Shown here piece by piece: positions 19,341 through 29,897 of a stretch of 64,000 nt of DNA. The first letter of the stretch is position 1, and every line of letters starts with the position of its first letter. The notes beneath the pieces are model-generated. The model was not told the origin of the DNA and searched no databases. It saw only the letters and a program-made list of their open reading frames with translations. The DNA lies in assembly GCA_905233745.1 (NCBI GenBank), contig CAJODA010000003.1, positions 19,576 to 83,575 on the forward strand, given 5' to 3'. A program made the translations under genes and the position numbers. Source of the DNA: an uncultured Bacteroidales bacterium (lineage in GTDB: Bacteria; Bacteroidota; Bacteroidia; Bacteroidales; WCHB1-69).

Positions 19341-22175
19341 ATGAAGAACGACTTTATTGAAATTCGAGGCGCCAACGTCAACAATCTCAAAAATATTGAT
19401 GTGGATATTCCCCGCAACAAGCTGGTGGTCATCACAGGCTTGTCGGGGTCGGGAAAATCGTCGCTGGCGTATGATACTTTATATGCGGAGGGCCAGCGCC
19501 GCTATGTGGAGAGCCTGAGCTCCTATGCCCGGCAGTTTCTGGGCCGTATGCACAAACCGGAAGTGAAGTCCATCAAGGGCATCCCGCCGGCTATCGCCAT
19601 CCAGCAGCGCACCATGTCGCATAACCCGCGTTCGACGGTGGGTACGGTTACGGAGATTTACGAATACCTGAAACTCCTGTTCGCCCACATCGGTCACACC
19701 TATTCCCCGGTAACGGGCAAGGAGGTGCGCCGCGACCATGTATCTGATGTGGTACATTATATAGAGAAAATCCCAGAGGGCCGCAGGGTGTACCTGGTGG
19801 CTCCGCTGGTTCTCCCGGAAGGAAGAACCCTGAAGGAGCAGCTGGCCATACTGAAACAGCAAGGTTTCAGCCGTGTGGTATATAACCGCAAACTGGCTGA
19901 AATTGACGACTTCCTGAATGGGAAGAAAGCCAATAGGATCTCGGAGATGTATGTGCTCATCGACCGTTTCAAGTCGGAGAATATAGCCTCCAATATGACG
20001 CGCCTTGCTGATTCCATTCAGGTGGCCTTCATGGAAGGCAAGGGGGTGTGCATGGTGCACACAGAAACTGAAACATCAGTGGTGCAGAAGACCTTTAGCA
20101 ACCTGTTTGAGATGGACGGAATCGCTTTTGAAGAACCGTCTGTTAACCTGTTCAGCTTCAACAATCCCTATGGTGCCTGCAAGATGTGTTCCGGCACTGG
20201 TTTTATCGAAGGGGTGGATGTGGATCTGGTAATCCCCAACCGTGCTCTTTCGGTGGCGGATGATGCTGTCGCCTGTTGGCACGGCGATGTGTTGAACGAG
20301 TGGAAACAGTATTTTATCAAACAAGCCTCCAAACTTGACTTCCCGGTACACCGCCCCATTGACGGGCTTACCAAGGAGGAGTTTGACTTATTATGGTATG
20401 GCGATGAGAAACACAAAGTGGAAGGTATAACCCAATTTTTCCAGTTTGTGGCGTCTCGCACTTATAAAATCCAGTACAGGGTGTTGCAGAGCCGCTATCG
20501 TGGGCGGGAACTTTGCCCGGAATGCCACGGCGCCCGCTTGCGTGCGGAGGCCCGCTACGTGAAAGTGTGCGGTAAAACTATCGTGGACCTCCTCCAAATG
20601 CCGGTTTCGGAATTGAAGGCTTTCTTCAACCATTTCAAATATGCCTCTGCTACTGAACGGGAAATAGCCCAGAAAATAGTCGTTGAATTAACCAATCGTG
20701 TAAGCCTGCTGGACGATGTGGGGCTCGGATACTTGACGCTGGACCGCACAACGGGCACCTTGTCAGGAGGCGAGACCCAGCGCATTAACCTGGCGACCTC
20801 ATTGGGCAGCAGCCTGGTCGGCTCTATCTATATATTGGATGAACCGAGTATCGGCCTCCACCCCCGTGATACGGAGAATCTCATTCGCGTGCTGAAACGC
20901 TTGCGTGACATAGGCAACACCGTGGTGGTCGTGGAACACGACGAGTCCATTATCCGCGCTGCCGACTATGTGATTGATATTGGCCCGAGAGCCGGACAGT
21001 TCGGTGGCGAAGTGGTGTTTAGCGGCACATTTGGCCAGCTGATGGAGCAGAAGGACGACCTTACCGCCGACTATCTGAGAGGCATGATGGGCGGTTATCC
21101 AGCCGAAATGAGCCGAGCCATCCCGGTGCCTGTCCGCCGGAGACGTTGGCGGAACTATATTGAGATTGTGGGCGCCAAGGCCAACAACCTCAAAAATATC
21201 GATGTTAAAATCCCCCTGCAGTGCTTCACGGCCGTTACCGGCGTGAGCGGTTCCGGTAAGAGCACGCTGGTGAACAATATCCTTTATCTGGGTATGCTGC
21301 GGCTGCTCGATAAGGCGGGCGCCAAGCCGGGTAGCTTCTCCCGTATTGACGCCGACATGACAAAGGTGAACGAAGTGGTGCTGGTGGACCAGGCACCCAT
21401 AGGGCGCTCGTCGCGCTCCAATCCGGTCACTTACGTCAAAGCCTATGACTACATTCGTGACCTGTTTGCGGCACAGCCGCTGTCCAAACAGCGCAACTAC
21501 AAACCCAGCTTCTTCTCTTTCAACGTGGCTGGCGGCCGCTGCGAAGAGTGCGAAGGCGAGGGCGTTATCCATATCAACATGCAGTTTATGGCTGATGTGG
21601 AACTCCTGTGCCCCTCTTGTAACGGAACCCGTTTCCGTGAGGAAGCACTTGATGTGAAGATCAAGGATAAGACCGTCTACGATATCCTGAGCATGACGAT
21701 TGACCAGGCTGTTGAGTTTTTCCGCCAGTTGCCCGTTACCGATATCACCAAGAATATCCTGAAGCGGCTGGTTCCGTTGCAGGATGTGGGACTTGGCTAT
21801 CTGGTTATGGGACAGAACTCCTCAACCCTTTCGGGCGGCGAGGCTCAGCGTGTGAAACTCGCCTATTTCCTTTCCCTCGAGGATGACCAGCAGAATAAAC
21901 TCTTCCTCTTTGACGAACCGACCACGGGACTGCATTTTCACGACATCAACAAACTGTACAAGGCCTTCAACCGATTGATTGAACGTGACAACTCGGTGGT
22001 GGTTATTGAGCATAACATGGAGTTGATAAAGTGTGCTGACTGGATTATTGACATGGGGCCGGAGGGCGGCGATGAAGGCGGTCGCATCGTCTTTGAGGGA
22101 ACGCCCGAAAAACTCATTGAACGCAAGCGCTCCTATACGGGACAAGCCCTGCAATATGCCCTTGCACAACACTGA
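19341..22175 (+). CDS. uvrA: excinuclease ABC subunit A
   Basis: 944 aa. Two ABC ATPase modules ([22 protein letters not shown]), LSGGE signatures and zinc-finger cysteines ([16 protein letters not shown]). Confidence 0.97.
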   Translation: MKNDFIEIRGANVNNLKNIDVDIPRNKLVVITGLSGSGKSSLAYDTLYAEGQRRYVESLSSYARQFLGRMHKPEVKSIKGIPPAIAIQQRTMSHNPRSTVGTVTEIYEYLKLLFAHIGHTYSPVTGKEVRRDHVSDVVHYIEKIPEGRRVYLVAPLVLPEGRTLKEQLAILKQQGFSRVVYNRKLAEIDDFLNGKKANRISEMYVLIDRFKSENIASNMTRLADSIQVAFMEGKGVCMVHTETETSVVQKTFSNLFEMDGIAFEEPSVNLFSFNNPYGACKMCSGTGFIEGVDVDLVIPNRALSVADDAVACWHGDVLNEWKQYFIKQASKLDFPVHRPIDGLTKEEFDLLWYGDEKHKVEGITQFFQFVASRTYKIQYRVLQSRYRGRELCPECHGARLRAEARYVKVCGKTIVDLLQMPVSELKAFFNHFKYASATEREIAQKIVVELTNRVSLLDDVGLGYLTLDRTTGTLSGGETQRINLATSLGSSLVGSIYILDEPSIGLHPRDTENLIRVLKRLRDIGNTVVVVEHDESIIRAADYVIDIGPRAGQFGGEVVFSGTFGQLMEQKDDLTADYLRGMMGGYPAEMSRAIPVPVRRRRWRNYIEIVGAKANNLKNIDVKIPLQCFTAVTGVSGSGKSTLVNNILYLGMLRLLDKAGAKPGSFSRIDADMTKVNEVVLVDQAPIGRSSRSNPVTYVKAYDYIRDLFAAQPLSKQRNYKPSFFSFNVAGGRCEECEGEGVIHINMQFMADVELLCPSCNGTRFREEALDVKIKDKTVYDILSMTIDQAVEFFRQLPVTDITKNILKRLVPLQDVGLGYLVMGQNSSTLSGGEAQRVKLAYFLSLEDDQQNKLFLFDEPTTGLHFHDINKLYKAFNRLIERDNSVVVIEHNMELIKCADWIIDMGPEGGDEGGRIVFEGTPEKLIERKRSYTGQALQYALAQH

Positions 22176-22252
22176 AATGCCTGACGTGTCTCTGTCTTTA
22201 TAATAATCGTATATCAAGGCATCTCTATTCAAAAAAATAATGTATCTTTGCC

Positions 22253-22277
22253 CTCCCCTTGAACAGGGGAGTTTTTT
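22253..22277 (+). terminator. hairpin plus T-run between uvrA and the M13 peptidase gene
   Basis: Stem ctcccc / ggggag, 7-nt loop, then tttttt. It lies just after a TAnnTTTG-like box (TGTATCTTTG, 22241-22250), so its role as uvrA terminator versus 5-prime UTR element is ambiguous. Confidence 0.45.
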
Positions 22278-22310
22278 GCTTTTTTTATATTGATTTTTAA
22301 TAATATACGT

Positions 22311-24371
22311 ATGAAAAAATGGTTTTCATTGACATTGTCAATGGTAATATTGTTTTTTGTTTTTACCAGTTCCCAACCTATGACCACTAAATCCAAACCC
22401 AAGAAGGTCAAATCAGGAGTTACGCTGACCAATCTTGACAAATCTGTGAAACCGACAGAAGATTTCTACCAGTATGCCTGCGGCGGCTGGATGAAACTCA
22501 ACCCTCTGGGACCTGAGTATGCCCGCTTTGGCAGCTTTGACGTGCTCGGGGAGAATAACCAGAAGCAACTCAAGGATTTGGTTTTGAAACTTTCCGCTCA
22601 AAAGAATGCAGCCGGCACACTTGAGCAGAAAGTGGGCGATCTCTATAAAATCGGCATGGATACCGTTACGTTGCAAAATCAAGGCGCGCAGCCTATCCAG
22701 ACTGAACTTGGCGCTATCGCATCTTTGCGTCGCGCGCAGCTTTCCCGGAAATTGGCTGACATGTCCCTTGAAGGGCTCCATCCTTTCTTTGCCCTGTTTG
22801 GCTCTTCCGATCCCGACAACAGTGATATGACCATCGCCTATCTCTGGCAGACAGGCCTCGGCATCGGCGATCGTGACTATTATTTGGAAAAAGACCAGCA
22901 GAACATCCGTGATGAGTATGTGAAGCTCATGGCCAAGATGTTTAAGATGGCCGGTTATAGCAAAATGGCCGGCTTTGAGGGCAATGAGACTGAACTTGCA
23001 AAGCGAGTCCTCTCGCTGGAAACCATGATGGCCAGCGCTTTCGTGGATAAGACCACGCTCCGTGATCCCTATCAGACCATACATAAATGCACTCCGGCTG
23101 ATTTCCAGAAGATGATTCCTGCTATTGACGTGAAAGTCTATCTGAATACATTGAAATTGGACAATGTTGATACGGTCAATGTGGGCCAACCTACCTATTT
23201 CGCCAGTTTGAACCACATTCTTTCAGTGGCTGATATGGAGGTGATCCGCGCATACCTGGCCTGGAACGTCATCAATGCCGCCGCCTCCTATCTGAGCGAC
23301 GACTTTGTAAACGCCGACTTTGACTTCTACGGCAAGGTGCTCTCCGGCAAGCAGGAGAACCGCCCCCGCTGGAAACGAGTGATTGGCACAGTGGACGGCT
23401 GTCTCGGCGAAGCCCTCGGCCAGATGTATGTTAAGGCCTACTTCCCCGCCGAAGCAAAGGTCCGTATGGAACAGTTGGTCAAGAACCTCCAATGGGCTCT
23501 TGGCGAACGTATCAAGGCTTCTACCTGGATGACTGAGGTTACCAAGAAGAATGCTCTGGAAAAACTGGCCGCTTTCAGAGTTAAAATTGGCTATCCGGAT
23601 AAATGGAGAGACTATAGTGCGCTACAAATCCAGAACGACAGCTATTATGCCAATGTGGTGCGTGCTCGCCGCTTTGAAAGCGCCTACAGATTGTCGAAAA
23701 TCGGTAAACCCGTCGATAAGGACGAGTGGCAGATGACTCCGCAAACGGTCAACGCTTATTATGATCCCAGTACCAATGAGATCTGTTTCCCCGCAGGCAT
23801 TCTTCAACCGCCTTTCTTCGACATGAATGCGGATGATGCCGCCAATTACGGTGCCATCGGCGTGGTGATCGGCCATGAGATGACCCATGGCTTTGACGAC
23901 CAAGGCAGAAACTATGACCTTAAAGGTAACCTCACCGACTGGTGGACCGAACAGGATGCCGCCACCTTCAAAGAGAGATCCCAGCTCATTGTGGATCATT
24001 TCAATGCAATTGAAGTCGCGCCTGGCGTTTTTGGCAACGGTTCCTTCACCCTGGGAGAGAATATTGCGGACAACGGTGGCTTGAACGTTTCCTACAGTGC
24101 TTTCCAGAAAGCCAAATCTGAAGGTACTATCAAGGGTGACATGGACGGCTACACACCCGAGCAGCGCTTCTTCCTGGCTTATGCCGCCGTTTGGGCTGCC
24201 AACATCCGCCAAGAGGAAATTCTCCGTCGTACAAAAGAAGACCCGCACTCTCTGGGCCGCTGGCGCGTGAACGGCACCCTGCCGCACATCGACGCCTTCA
24301 ACAATGCCTTCAATATCCAACCCTCCGATCCCATGTATCTCGCTCCTGAGAAACGTGCCAGAATTTGGTAG
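22311..24371 (+). CDS. pepO: M13-family zinc metallopeptidase (PepO / endothelin-converting-enzyme-like)
   Basis: Signal peptide MKKWFSLTLSMVILFF, HExxH zinc motif VIGHEMTHGFD, downstream ENIADNGG. The start is placed at the ATG at 22311. Confidence 0.9.
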   Translation: MKKWFSLTLSMVILFFVFTSSQPMTTKSKPKKVKSGVTLTNLDKSVKPTEDFYQYACGGWMKLNPLGPEYARFGSFDVLGENNQKQLKDLVLKLSAQKNAAGTLEQKVGDLYKIGMDTVTLQNQGAQPIQTELGAIASLRRAQLSRKLADMSLEGLHPFFALFGSSDPDNSDMTIAYLWQTGLGIGDRDYYLEKDQQNIRDEYVKLMAKMFKMAGYSKMAGFEGNETELAKRVLSLETMMASAFVDKTTLRDPYQTIHKCTPADFQKMIPAIDVKVYLNTLKLDNVDTVNVGQPTYFASLNHILSVADMEVIRAYLAWNVINAAASYLSDDFVNADFDFYGKVLSGKQENRPRWKRVIGTVDGCLGEALGQMYVKAYFPAEAKVRMEQLVKNLQWALGERIKASTWMTEVTKKNALEKLAAFRVKIGYPDKWRDYSALQIQNDSYYANVVRARRFESAYRLSKIGKPVDKDEWQMTPQTVNAYYDPSTNEICFPAGILQPPFFDMNADDAANYGAIGVVIGHEMTHGFDDQGRNYDLKGNLTDWWTEQDAATFKERSQLIVDHFNAIEVAPGVFGNGSFTLGENIADNGGLNVSYSAFQKAKSEGTIKGDMDGYTPEQRFFLAYAAVWAANIRQEEILRRTKEDPHSLGRWRVNGTLPHIDAFNNAFNIQPSDPMYLAPEKRARIW

Positions 24372-24379
24372 GACATGAT

Positions 24380-24445
24380 GAACGATTATCGATTATCGTT
24401 TATCGATTTAACTTTACAAACCTTACAAACTTTTATAAACTTTTT
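24380..24445. repeat. ladder repeat spacer upstream of arcC (gaacgatta tcgatta tcgttta tcgattta / actttacaa accttacaa acttttataa actttttatg)
   Basis: Two successive series of 7-10-nt units that change stepwise. It shares the words gaacgattatcgat and cgtttatcgat with the spacer on the other side of arcC. Confidence 0.75.
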
Positions 24446-25393
24446 ATGACAGACAGCAAACTCGCCGTTATTGCCTTTGGCGGCAACGCTTTACTTAAAA
24501 GCCATCAAAAAGGCACCTATCAAGAACAGATTGAGAATGTGACCGAGACATGCAGATGTTTGGTTCCGATGTTGAAATCCGGCTATCGGATGGTAATAGG
24601 CCATGGCAATGGCCCGCAAGTGGGCAATGTCATGCTACAGCATAAGGCTGGCAAAGAGACCTTCGAAGTGGAGTCCATGCCGCTGAATTTCTGTGTCGCT
24701 GAAACCCAAGGCTCTATTGGTGCATTGATTGAAGAGGGTTTCCGTCGTGTTTTTGCCGAAGAGAAGTGGGACCGTGATACCGTAACATTGCTTACACATG
24801 TGGAGGTGGACGGCGATGACCCCATGTTCCAGAACCCGACCAAACCTGTGGGCCCGTATGTTTCCAAGGAGGAGGCCGAACAGTATCATGATGAGACTGG
24901 CGACATCTATCGCGAGGATCCCAAGGGAAACGGATGGCGTAAGGTTGTGGCTTCCCCGAAGCCCATCCGCATCCAGAACGTGAAGTTGGTCCGCAAACTG
25001 GCCGATGAAGGTATTATTGTGATCACGGTCGGTGGCGGCGGCATCCCCGTAGCTATGCAGGATGGTTACCTTAGGGGCGTGCAGGCTGTGATTGACAAGG
25101 ACCTTGCCTCTGCCATCACCGCTGTGGAAATCAATGCCGACGAGTTCTACATTCTCACTGATGTGCCAAAAGTCTATATCAACTTCCGCAAGCCCGACGA
25201 GAAAGCACTGGATGTGGTTACCATTGGTGAAGCCAAGAAATATCTGGCAGAAGGCCAGTTTACAGAAGGCTCGATGGCACCGAAGGTGCGCGCCGCTATC
25301 ATGTTTGTGGAGAAGACCGGCCACCCCTGCATCATTACAGAAGCCGGCCGCCTGGGCGACGACTCCTGCGGAACACGCATCGTAAACGATTAG
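24446..25393 (+). CDS. arcC: carbamate kinase
   Basis: MTDSKLAVIAFGGNALL..., GHGNGPQVG and the C-terminal GSMAPKV are carbamate kinase hallmarks. Confidence 0.9.
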   Translation: MTDSKLAVIAFGGNALLKSHQKGTYQEQIENVTETCRCLVPMLKSGYRMVIGHGNGPQVGNVMLQHKAGKETFEVESMPLNFCVAETQGSIGALIEEGFRRVFAEEKWDRDTVTLLTHVEVDGDDPMFQNPTKPVGPYVSKEEAEQYHDETGDIYREDPKGNGWRKVVASPKPIRIQNVKLVRKLADEGIIVITVGGGGIPVAMQDGYLRGVQAVIDKDLASAITAVEINADEFYILTDVPKVYINFRKPDEKALDVVTIGEAKKYLAEGQFTEGSMAPKVRAAIMFVEKTGHPCIITEAGRLGDDSCGTRIVND

Positions 25394-25466
25394 CGTTGAA
25401 CGATTATCGATGAGCGATGACGTTTATCGATAATCGATAATCTTTAATCGATAATCTTTTAATCAC
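25387..25466. repeat. ladder repeat spacer between arcC and argF (tcgataa tcgataa tctttaa tcgataa tcttttaa)
   Basis: Contains gaacgattatcgat (25398-25411) and cgtttatcgat (25421-25431). Both are also present at 24380-24393 and 24397-24407. Confidence 0.75.
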
Positions 25467-25494
25467 ATATATTAACAACTTTAACCCCAAAATT

Positions 25495-26496
25495 ATGGCT
25501 TTCAATTTAAGAAACAGACATTTCCTCAAATTGTTGGATTTCACCCCTACGGAGATTCAATACATGTTGGACCTTGCACGTGACCTCAAACGCGCCAAGT
25601 ATGCCGGCACAGAGCAACCTCGCCTCAAAGGCAAGAACATTGCTTTGATTTTCGAAAAGACATCCACCCGTACACGCTGCGCTTTCGAAGTGGCGGCTTA
25701 CGACCAGGGTGCACACGTCACCTATCTGGGACCGACCGGTTCACAAATCGGCATCAAGGAGTCCATGGCTGATACCGCTCGCGTGCTCGGACGTATGTTC
25801 GACGGCATCGAGTATCGTGGCTTCAAACAAGCCACCGTTGAAGAACTGGCCAAGTTCGCCGGTGTGCCCGTATGGAACGGCCTTACCAACGAGTTCCACC
25901 CGACTCAGGTGCTCGCTGACTTCCTCACGATGAGCGAGCATGTGGACAAACCGCTGAACAAGGTGACCTATGCTTACCTCGGAGACGCCCGCTACAACAT
26001 GGGTAACTCTTTGATGGTGGGTGGTGCCAAGATGGGCATGGATGTCCGCATCGTCGCTCCCAAGGCTCTGCAACCCAGCAAGGAACTCATCGCAGAATGC
26101 AAGAAAATCGCCAAAGAAACCGGCGCTACGGTTACCGTTACCGACGACGTGAAGAAGGGCGTTAAAGGCTGCGATTTCCTCTATACTGACGTGTGGGTCT
26201 CCATGGGCGAGCCCGTCGAGGTTTGGGAAGAGCGTATCAAGATGCTCAAACCTTATCAGGTGAACAAGGAAACGATGAAACTTACGGGCAATCCGAAATG
26301 CAAATTCATGCACTGTCTGCCCGCATACCACAATCTTGAGACTCAGGTCGGTCGCGATGTGAACAAACAGTTCGGTTTGGATGGCATCGAGGTTACGGAG
26401 GATGTTTTCGAATCCGAAAACTCCATCGTTTTCGACGAAGCAGAAAACCGCATGCACACCATCAAGGCTGTCATGGTGGCTACCTTGGGTGACTAA
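25495..26496 (+). CDS. argF: ornithine carbamoyltransferase
   Basis: 333 aa. STRTRCAFE carbamoyl-phosphate motif, HPTQ, HCLPA. Adjacent to carbamate kinase, so it could be the catabolic (ArcB-type) enzyme. Confidence 0.9.
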   Translation: MAFNLRNRHFLKLLDFTPTEIQYMLDLARDLKRAKYAGTEQPRLKGKNIALIFEKTSTRTRCAFEVAAYDQGAHVTYLGPTGSQIGIKESMADTARVLGRMFDGIEYRGFKQATVEELAKFAGVPVWNGLTNEFHPTQVLADFLTMSEHVDKPLNKVTYAYLGDARYNMGNSLMVGGAKMGMDVRIVAPKALQPSKELIAECKKIAKETGATVTVTDDVKKGVKGCDFLYTDVWVSMGEPVEVWEERIKMLKPYQVNKETMKLTGNPKCKFMHCLPAYHNLETQVGRDVNKQFGLDGIEVTEDVFESENSIVFDEAENRMHTIKAVMVATLGD

Positions 26497-26523
26497 TTCT
26501 GATCAAGACAAGATGCTTTCATT

Positions 26524-26554
26524 AGGGCGATCCGTTAGGATCGTCCTTTTTTTT
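26524..26554 (+). terminator. rho-independent terminator after argF
   Basis: Stem agggcgatcc / ggatcgtcct (one G-U pair), loop gtta, then 8 T. Confidence 0.6.
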
Positions 26555-26596
26555 GCCCATAGTCGCGGAGACAAGAAACGATAAAGATTAAAAACT

Positions 26597-26624
26597 TTAA
26601 TCTCTCATCGTTAATCTCTCATCG
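26597..26624. repeat. 14-bp direct tandem duplication ttaatctctcatcg x2
   Basis: Perfect tandem copies at 26597-26610 and 26611-26624. The second copy overlaps the last codons and stop of the M14 peptidase gene. An AT-rich hairpin agattaaa/tttaatct lies just upstream. Confidence 0.7.
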
Positions 26625-28322
26625 CTTAACAATTTTGGTTTGGTAGATTTCCTGGCTCCCGTCCATTATGCGGATGATATAGGTGCCTACGGCCAGAGGG
26701 GATATGTTCAGCGTGGAGGTGCCGGATTCCACCTTTGCCTGGTGAACAATGCCGCCAAGGTTGTTGTACATAATAAAGTTAAATTGTTTGGGTGGTCTTG
26801 CCATCGAGGTGATGTAAAGGAACCCGTGAGTGGGGTTGGGGTGGATGACAAATGCCGGGACCTGGTTTTCGTTAATTCCTATGTTTGTGGGAACAAGTTT
26901 CACATCCTTGACGGTACATTGACCATCCGTTACCGTTACATTCACGGTTTTGGGATAGTAGTTCTCTGCTGAAAACGTAACCGAATAGGTTCCTCCTTTG
27001 ATGGGACGATGGTAGTTGCCGTCGGGGAGCTGGGAGTAAACATGCGAGTTGTCATAGTCGTGGTTGTTGATGAAAACCTTCGCTTCGACGGGCATACCGG
27101 TAATGGAGTCTGTGACGATGCCACGGAATCCGTTGAGGGATTCTTCTATATAGTCAAGGAGAGCTTGCCGCAGATAATTCCAATACTTGTAGAGGTTGTT
27201 ATAGGAGACCACCTTGTCAGAGCTGATTTCTATCGTGACTTCCCGGCAGTTCAGGAAATAGTTGAAGTAATCCTGCCGGGAACCTGTAATGGAGTACCAG
27301 TCGCCGCCTTCCGTGACGCCACCGTACATGTCTTGCATGTACCAGTAGTTTTGGCTGTGGCAGGTGTTGGCGAAGTTGTTGCCGATGTGCTGCCACCAGC
27401 TGTCGTCCGCATGTGTTTTTTCATTGGAGTCCCAAATGTCCCACGGGTAGTTGTACAACTCCGCACCGCCATGGAAGTTGGCCGACATGGTGAAATGGCG
27501 TTCCTGTCCGAAATTCATCATGGCCTGAACCTCGTCTGGGAAAGTCTCGTTTTCGTTGTAATCTTCGCCTGCAAAAGGGTATGAGCGATTCAGATCGACC
27601 TCCGAGTAGTTGTACCGGGTGCTGTATGGCGACGCGTTGAGGGAGTCGTTGTGATTTCGATAGGTGCCGTCGGGGTTCTCAAGCGGGCAGATCCACAAGT
27701 CCACATTGTTGATGATGTTTTGCACCTGCGGGTCTGAATTGTAGTTGTTGAGCAGATAATCGATAAAACGAAGCAGAATGTAGTATCCTACGGGCTCGTC
27801 ACCATGCATGGTGGAAGTGTAGAAGAATGCGGGCTTGTTGCCCCGATTTTGAAGATTGTTGCTGATGTGGGCGGCTAGAATCTTGTGGTTGGCAGAGGTG
27901 TGGTCCAGAATGGTCTCCACACTGCAGATGTCAGGGAATTTACTCTGGAAAGTGTCCATCGTGGCCAGATAGGTGCCGTATGTAGGGTAGCGGTTCCAAG
28001 AGCTTGTCAACTGTTCGTATGAGTGTGCCATCTTAACGTTGGCCTTTGTGCCAGAAATAATGGTGAAGGGTATTCCCAGGGAAAGGAAACGGTTGTAATC
28101 TTTGCGCCCGATGCATAGCATGACATGATAGCAGTCATCTCCATCTTGTCTGACCTTGTCCACAGAGTAGTCTTTGCAAATATCCTTCAGCTGTTTTTTT
28201 GACAGGTTGGTCTCTATGTAAGTTTCCGGCCAGTCGGTGTTGAAAGGGTGTGATGGACTTGTTTGTGCTACAATGGGGAGTGAGATGGCAAGTATAGTGA
28301 AAAAGAATAGAACTTTTTTCAT
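26619..28322 (-). CDS. M14-family zinc carboxypeptidase with a T9SS C-terminal sorting domain
   Basis: Signal peptide MKKVLFFFTILAISLPIVAQ. Zinc-binding context STMHGDEPVG (M14B-like HxxE). CarboxypepD_reg-like middle region. C-terminal GTYIIRIMDGSQEIYQTKIVKR resembles a T9SS CTD. Confidence 0.85.
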   Translation of the reverse strand: MKKVLFFFTILAISLPIVAQTSPSHPFNTDWPETYIETNLSKKQLKDICKDYSVDKVRQDGDDCYHVMLCIGRKDYNRFLSLGIPFTIISGTKANVKMAHSYEQLTSSWNRYPTYGTYLATMDTFQSKFPDICSVETILDHTSANHKILAAHISNNLQNRGNKPAFFYTSTMHGDEPVGYYILLRFIDYLLNNYNSDPQVQNIINNVDLWICPLENPDGTYRNHNDSLNASPYSTRYNYSEVDLNRSYPFAGEDYNENETFPDEVQAMMNFGQERHFTMSANFHGGAELYNYPWDIWDSNEKTHADDSWWQHIGNNFANTCHSQNYWYMQDMYGGVTEGGDWYSITGSRQDYFNYFLNCREVTIEISSDKVVSYNNLYKYWNYLRQALLDYIEESLNGFRGIVTDSITGMPVEAKVFINNHDYDNSHVYSQLPDGNYHRPIKGGTYSVTFSAENYYPKTVNVTVTDGQCTVKDVKLVPTNIGINENQVPAFVIHPNPTHGFLYITSMARPPKQFNFIMYNNLGGIVHQAKVESGTSTLNISPLAVGTYIIRIMDGSQEIYQTKIVKR

Positions 28323-28329
28323 AGGGATG

Positions 28330-29214
28330 TTATAATTGCACTAATTTATGGATTTCGTTGGATAGGGTGTCAGATACGGGCACTAGGGGCAAGCGGAGCA
28401 CATTCTTGATTTTTCCCTGGGCGGCTAGGATGGCCTTGATGCCGCAGGGATTCCCCTCCTTGAAACATGCCTGTGAAATGTCGAATAGCTTGTCGTGATA
28501 GAGGCGTGCTTTGATGAACTGGTCGTTCATGGCCAGATGCACCATGTTGGCCGTTTCTGCCGGATAGGCGTTGGCGAGTACGGAAATCAGTCCATCCATG
28601 CCGGCTGCCATAAGGGGCAGTGTGATGAGGTCGTCACCTGAGATGACCAGGAAATCTTTGGGCTTATGGTTGAGCAGATACAGAATCTGTTTCACATTGC
28701 CGGAAGCCTCCTTGACGCCAATTACGTTGGGGTTGCTTTCCGCAATGCGGATGGTGGTCTCGGCCTGCATGTTGCAAGAGGTGCGCCCGGGTACGTTGTA
28801 GAGGATGACGGGCAGGGGAGAGCACTTGGCCACCGCCTTGTAGTGCTCGATTAGTCCTAACTGACTGGGTTTGTTGTAGTATGGGGTGACGGACAAAATG
28901 GCGTCAACAGGAAGCTTGTCCGCGTCTTTAATGCGATCTAGAATGCTTTGGGTGTTTGGCCCGCCAAGGCCCATCAATATGGGCAGCCGACCTGCATTGA
29001 CGGACGTGATGCAGCGCACGATGTCCTGCCTTTCGGCTTTCGACATGGTAGGGTACTCGCTGGTGGTGCCCAAGGCTAGCAGATAGTCAACCTTGTTTTG
29101 AATGAGATTTTCCACCAGCTTTTCCAGGTTGCTGAAATCCACCTTGCCGTCCACCGTGAACGGTGTCACGACCGCAACCCCAAGACCTTTGAATTTGTCG
29201 ATACTATTTGTCAT
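28330..29214 (-). CDS. dapA: 4-hydroxy-tetrahydrodipicolinate synthase
   Basis: 294 aa. GVAVVTPF, GTTSEYPT and YNVPGRT motifs, and the active-site Lys context IGVKEASG. Confidence 0.93.
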   Translation of the reverse strand: MTNSIDKFKGLGVAVVTPFTVDGKVDFSNLEKLVENLIQNKVDYLLALGTTSEYPTMSKAERQDIVRCITSVNAGRLPILMGLGGPNTQSILDRIKDADKLPVDAILSVTPYYNKPSQLGLIEHYKAVAKCSPLPVILYNVPGRTSCNMQAETTIRIAESNPNVIGVKEASGNVKQILYLLNHKPKDFLVISGDDLITLPLMAAGMDGLISVLANAYPAETANMVHLAMNDQFIKARLYHDKLFDISQACFKEGNPCGIKAILAAQGKIKNVLRLPLVPVSDTLSNEIHKLVQL

Positions 29215-29740
29215 TTCCGCTGAGCATTTTGGTGTAGGTGTCTATTTCCTTCAGGTAGGTCTGGTTGTCTTTCGGAGATTTGTCAATGAAGAGGTCGTAA
29301 AGGTCGCTGCTGTTCTTTTCACGTCCTACAATGAACTTGGCGTTCGATAGGGCTAGGATTGCTTTTACGGGCGCATTTTGACGCAAATTGAAGTCTATAA
29401 GAATGTCGAAATCCTTCTTGATGAAATCCTGCACCTGCACCATGGTGGGGCACCCGAACCAGTTGAGATGCTTGTTGCAGAAATAGTCGGCCGATAGTTG
29501 CTGCAGACAGAAAAAAGGAACCTCTTTGTCGTTGACGTATCCGATGAGTTTCACGATATTTCCGCCTATTTGTAAGCTGTTGAACAGACGGAAGATGTCC
29601 TTGTAGGAGTCTTCATCCGTGATTTCGCATACGATTCCGATAGATTTTGCTTGCGACAGAGCAAGGACTTTCTTTTGTCTATTCTTTTTATTTTCAGCAA
29701 GATACTTCTTGAGAAAATGATTTTTTATCCTAGGGAACAT
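29204..29740 (-). CDS. conserved hypothetical protein
   Basis: 178-aa ORF overlapping the dapA start by 11 nt, which suggests coupling. No motif recognised. Confidence 0.55.
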   Translation of the reverse strand: MFPRIKNHFLKKYLAENKKNRQKKVLALSQAKSIGIVCEITDEDSYKDIFRLFNSLQIGGNIVKLIGYVNDKEVPFFCLQQLSADYFCNKHLNWFGCPTMVQVQDFIKKDFDILIDFNLRQNAPVKAILALSNAKFIVGREKNSSDLYDLFIDKSPKDNQTYLKEIDTYTKMLSGNDK

Positions 29741-29777
29741 AGTATCGAAATGTATATTTTAAAGCCTGCAAATATAC

Positions 29778-29806
29778 AAAAAAAATAGCGGCAGTGACCT
29801 GCCGCT
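29778..29806 (-). terminator. rho-independent terminator after lpxC
   Basis: On the minus strand: stem agcggcag / ctgccgct, loop gtca, then attttttttg. It lies about 90 nt downstream of the lpxC stop. Confidence 0.6.
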
Positions 29807-29897
29807 ATCAAACCATTAACCTATGTAAGATAATCGAAAACTATTCATGATAGTTTTTCAAAATCGTATAGTGCTTTACGGAAGCATTGCAGTTTTG

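Noticed and set aside
22241-22277. A promoter-like box followed immediately by a hairpin plus T-run upstream of pepO, as a possible attenuator or riboswitch
   Set aside because: The segment is too short for a known riboswitch aptamer, and no alternative pairing is evident. It is most simply the uvrA terminator next to a chance or real pepO promoter box.
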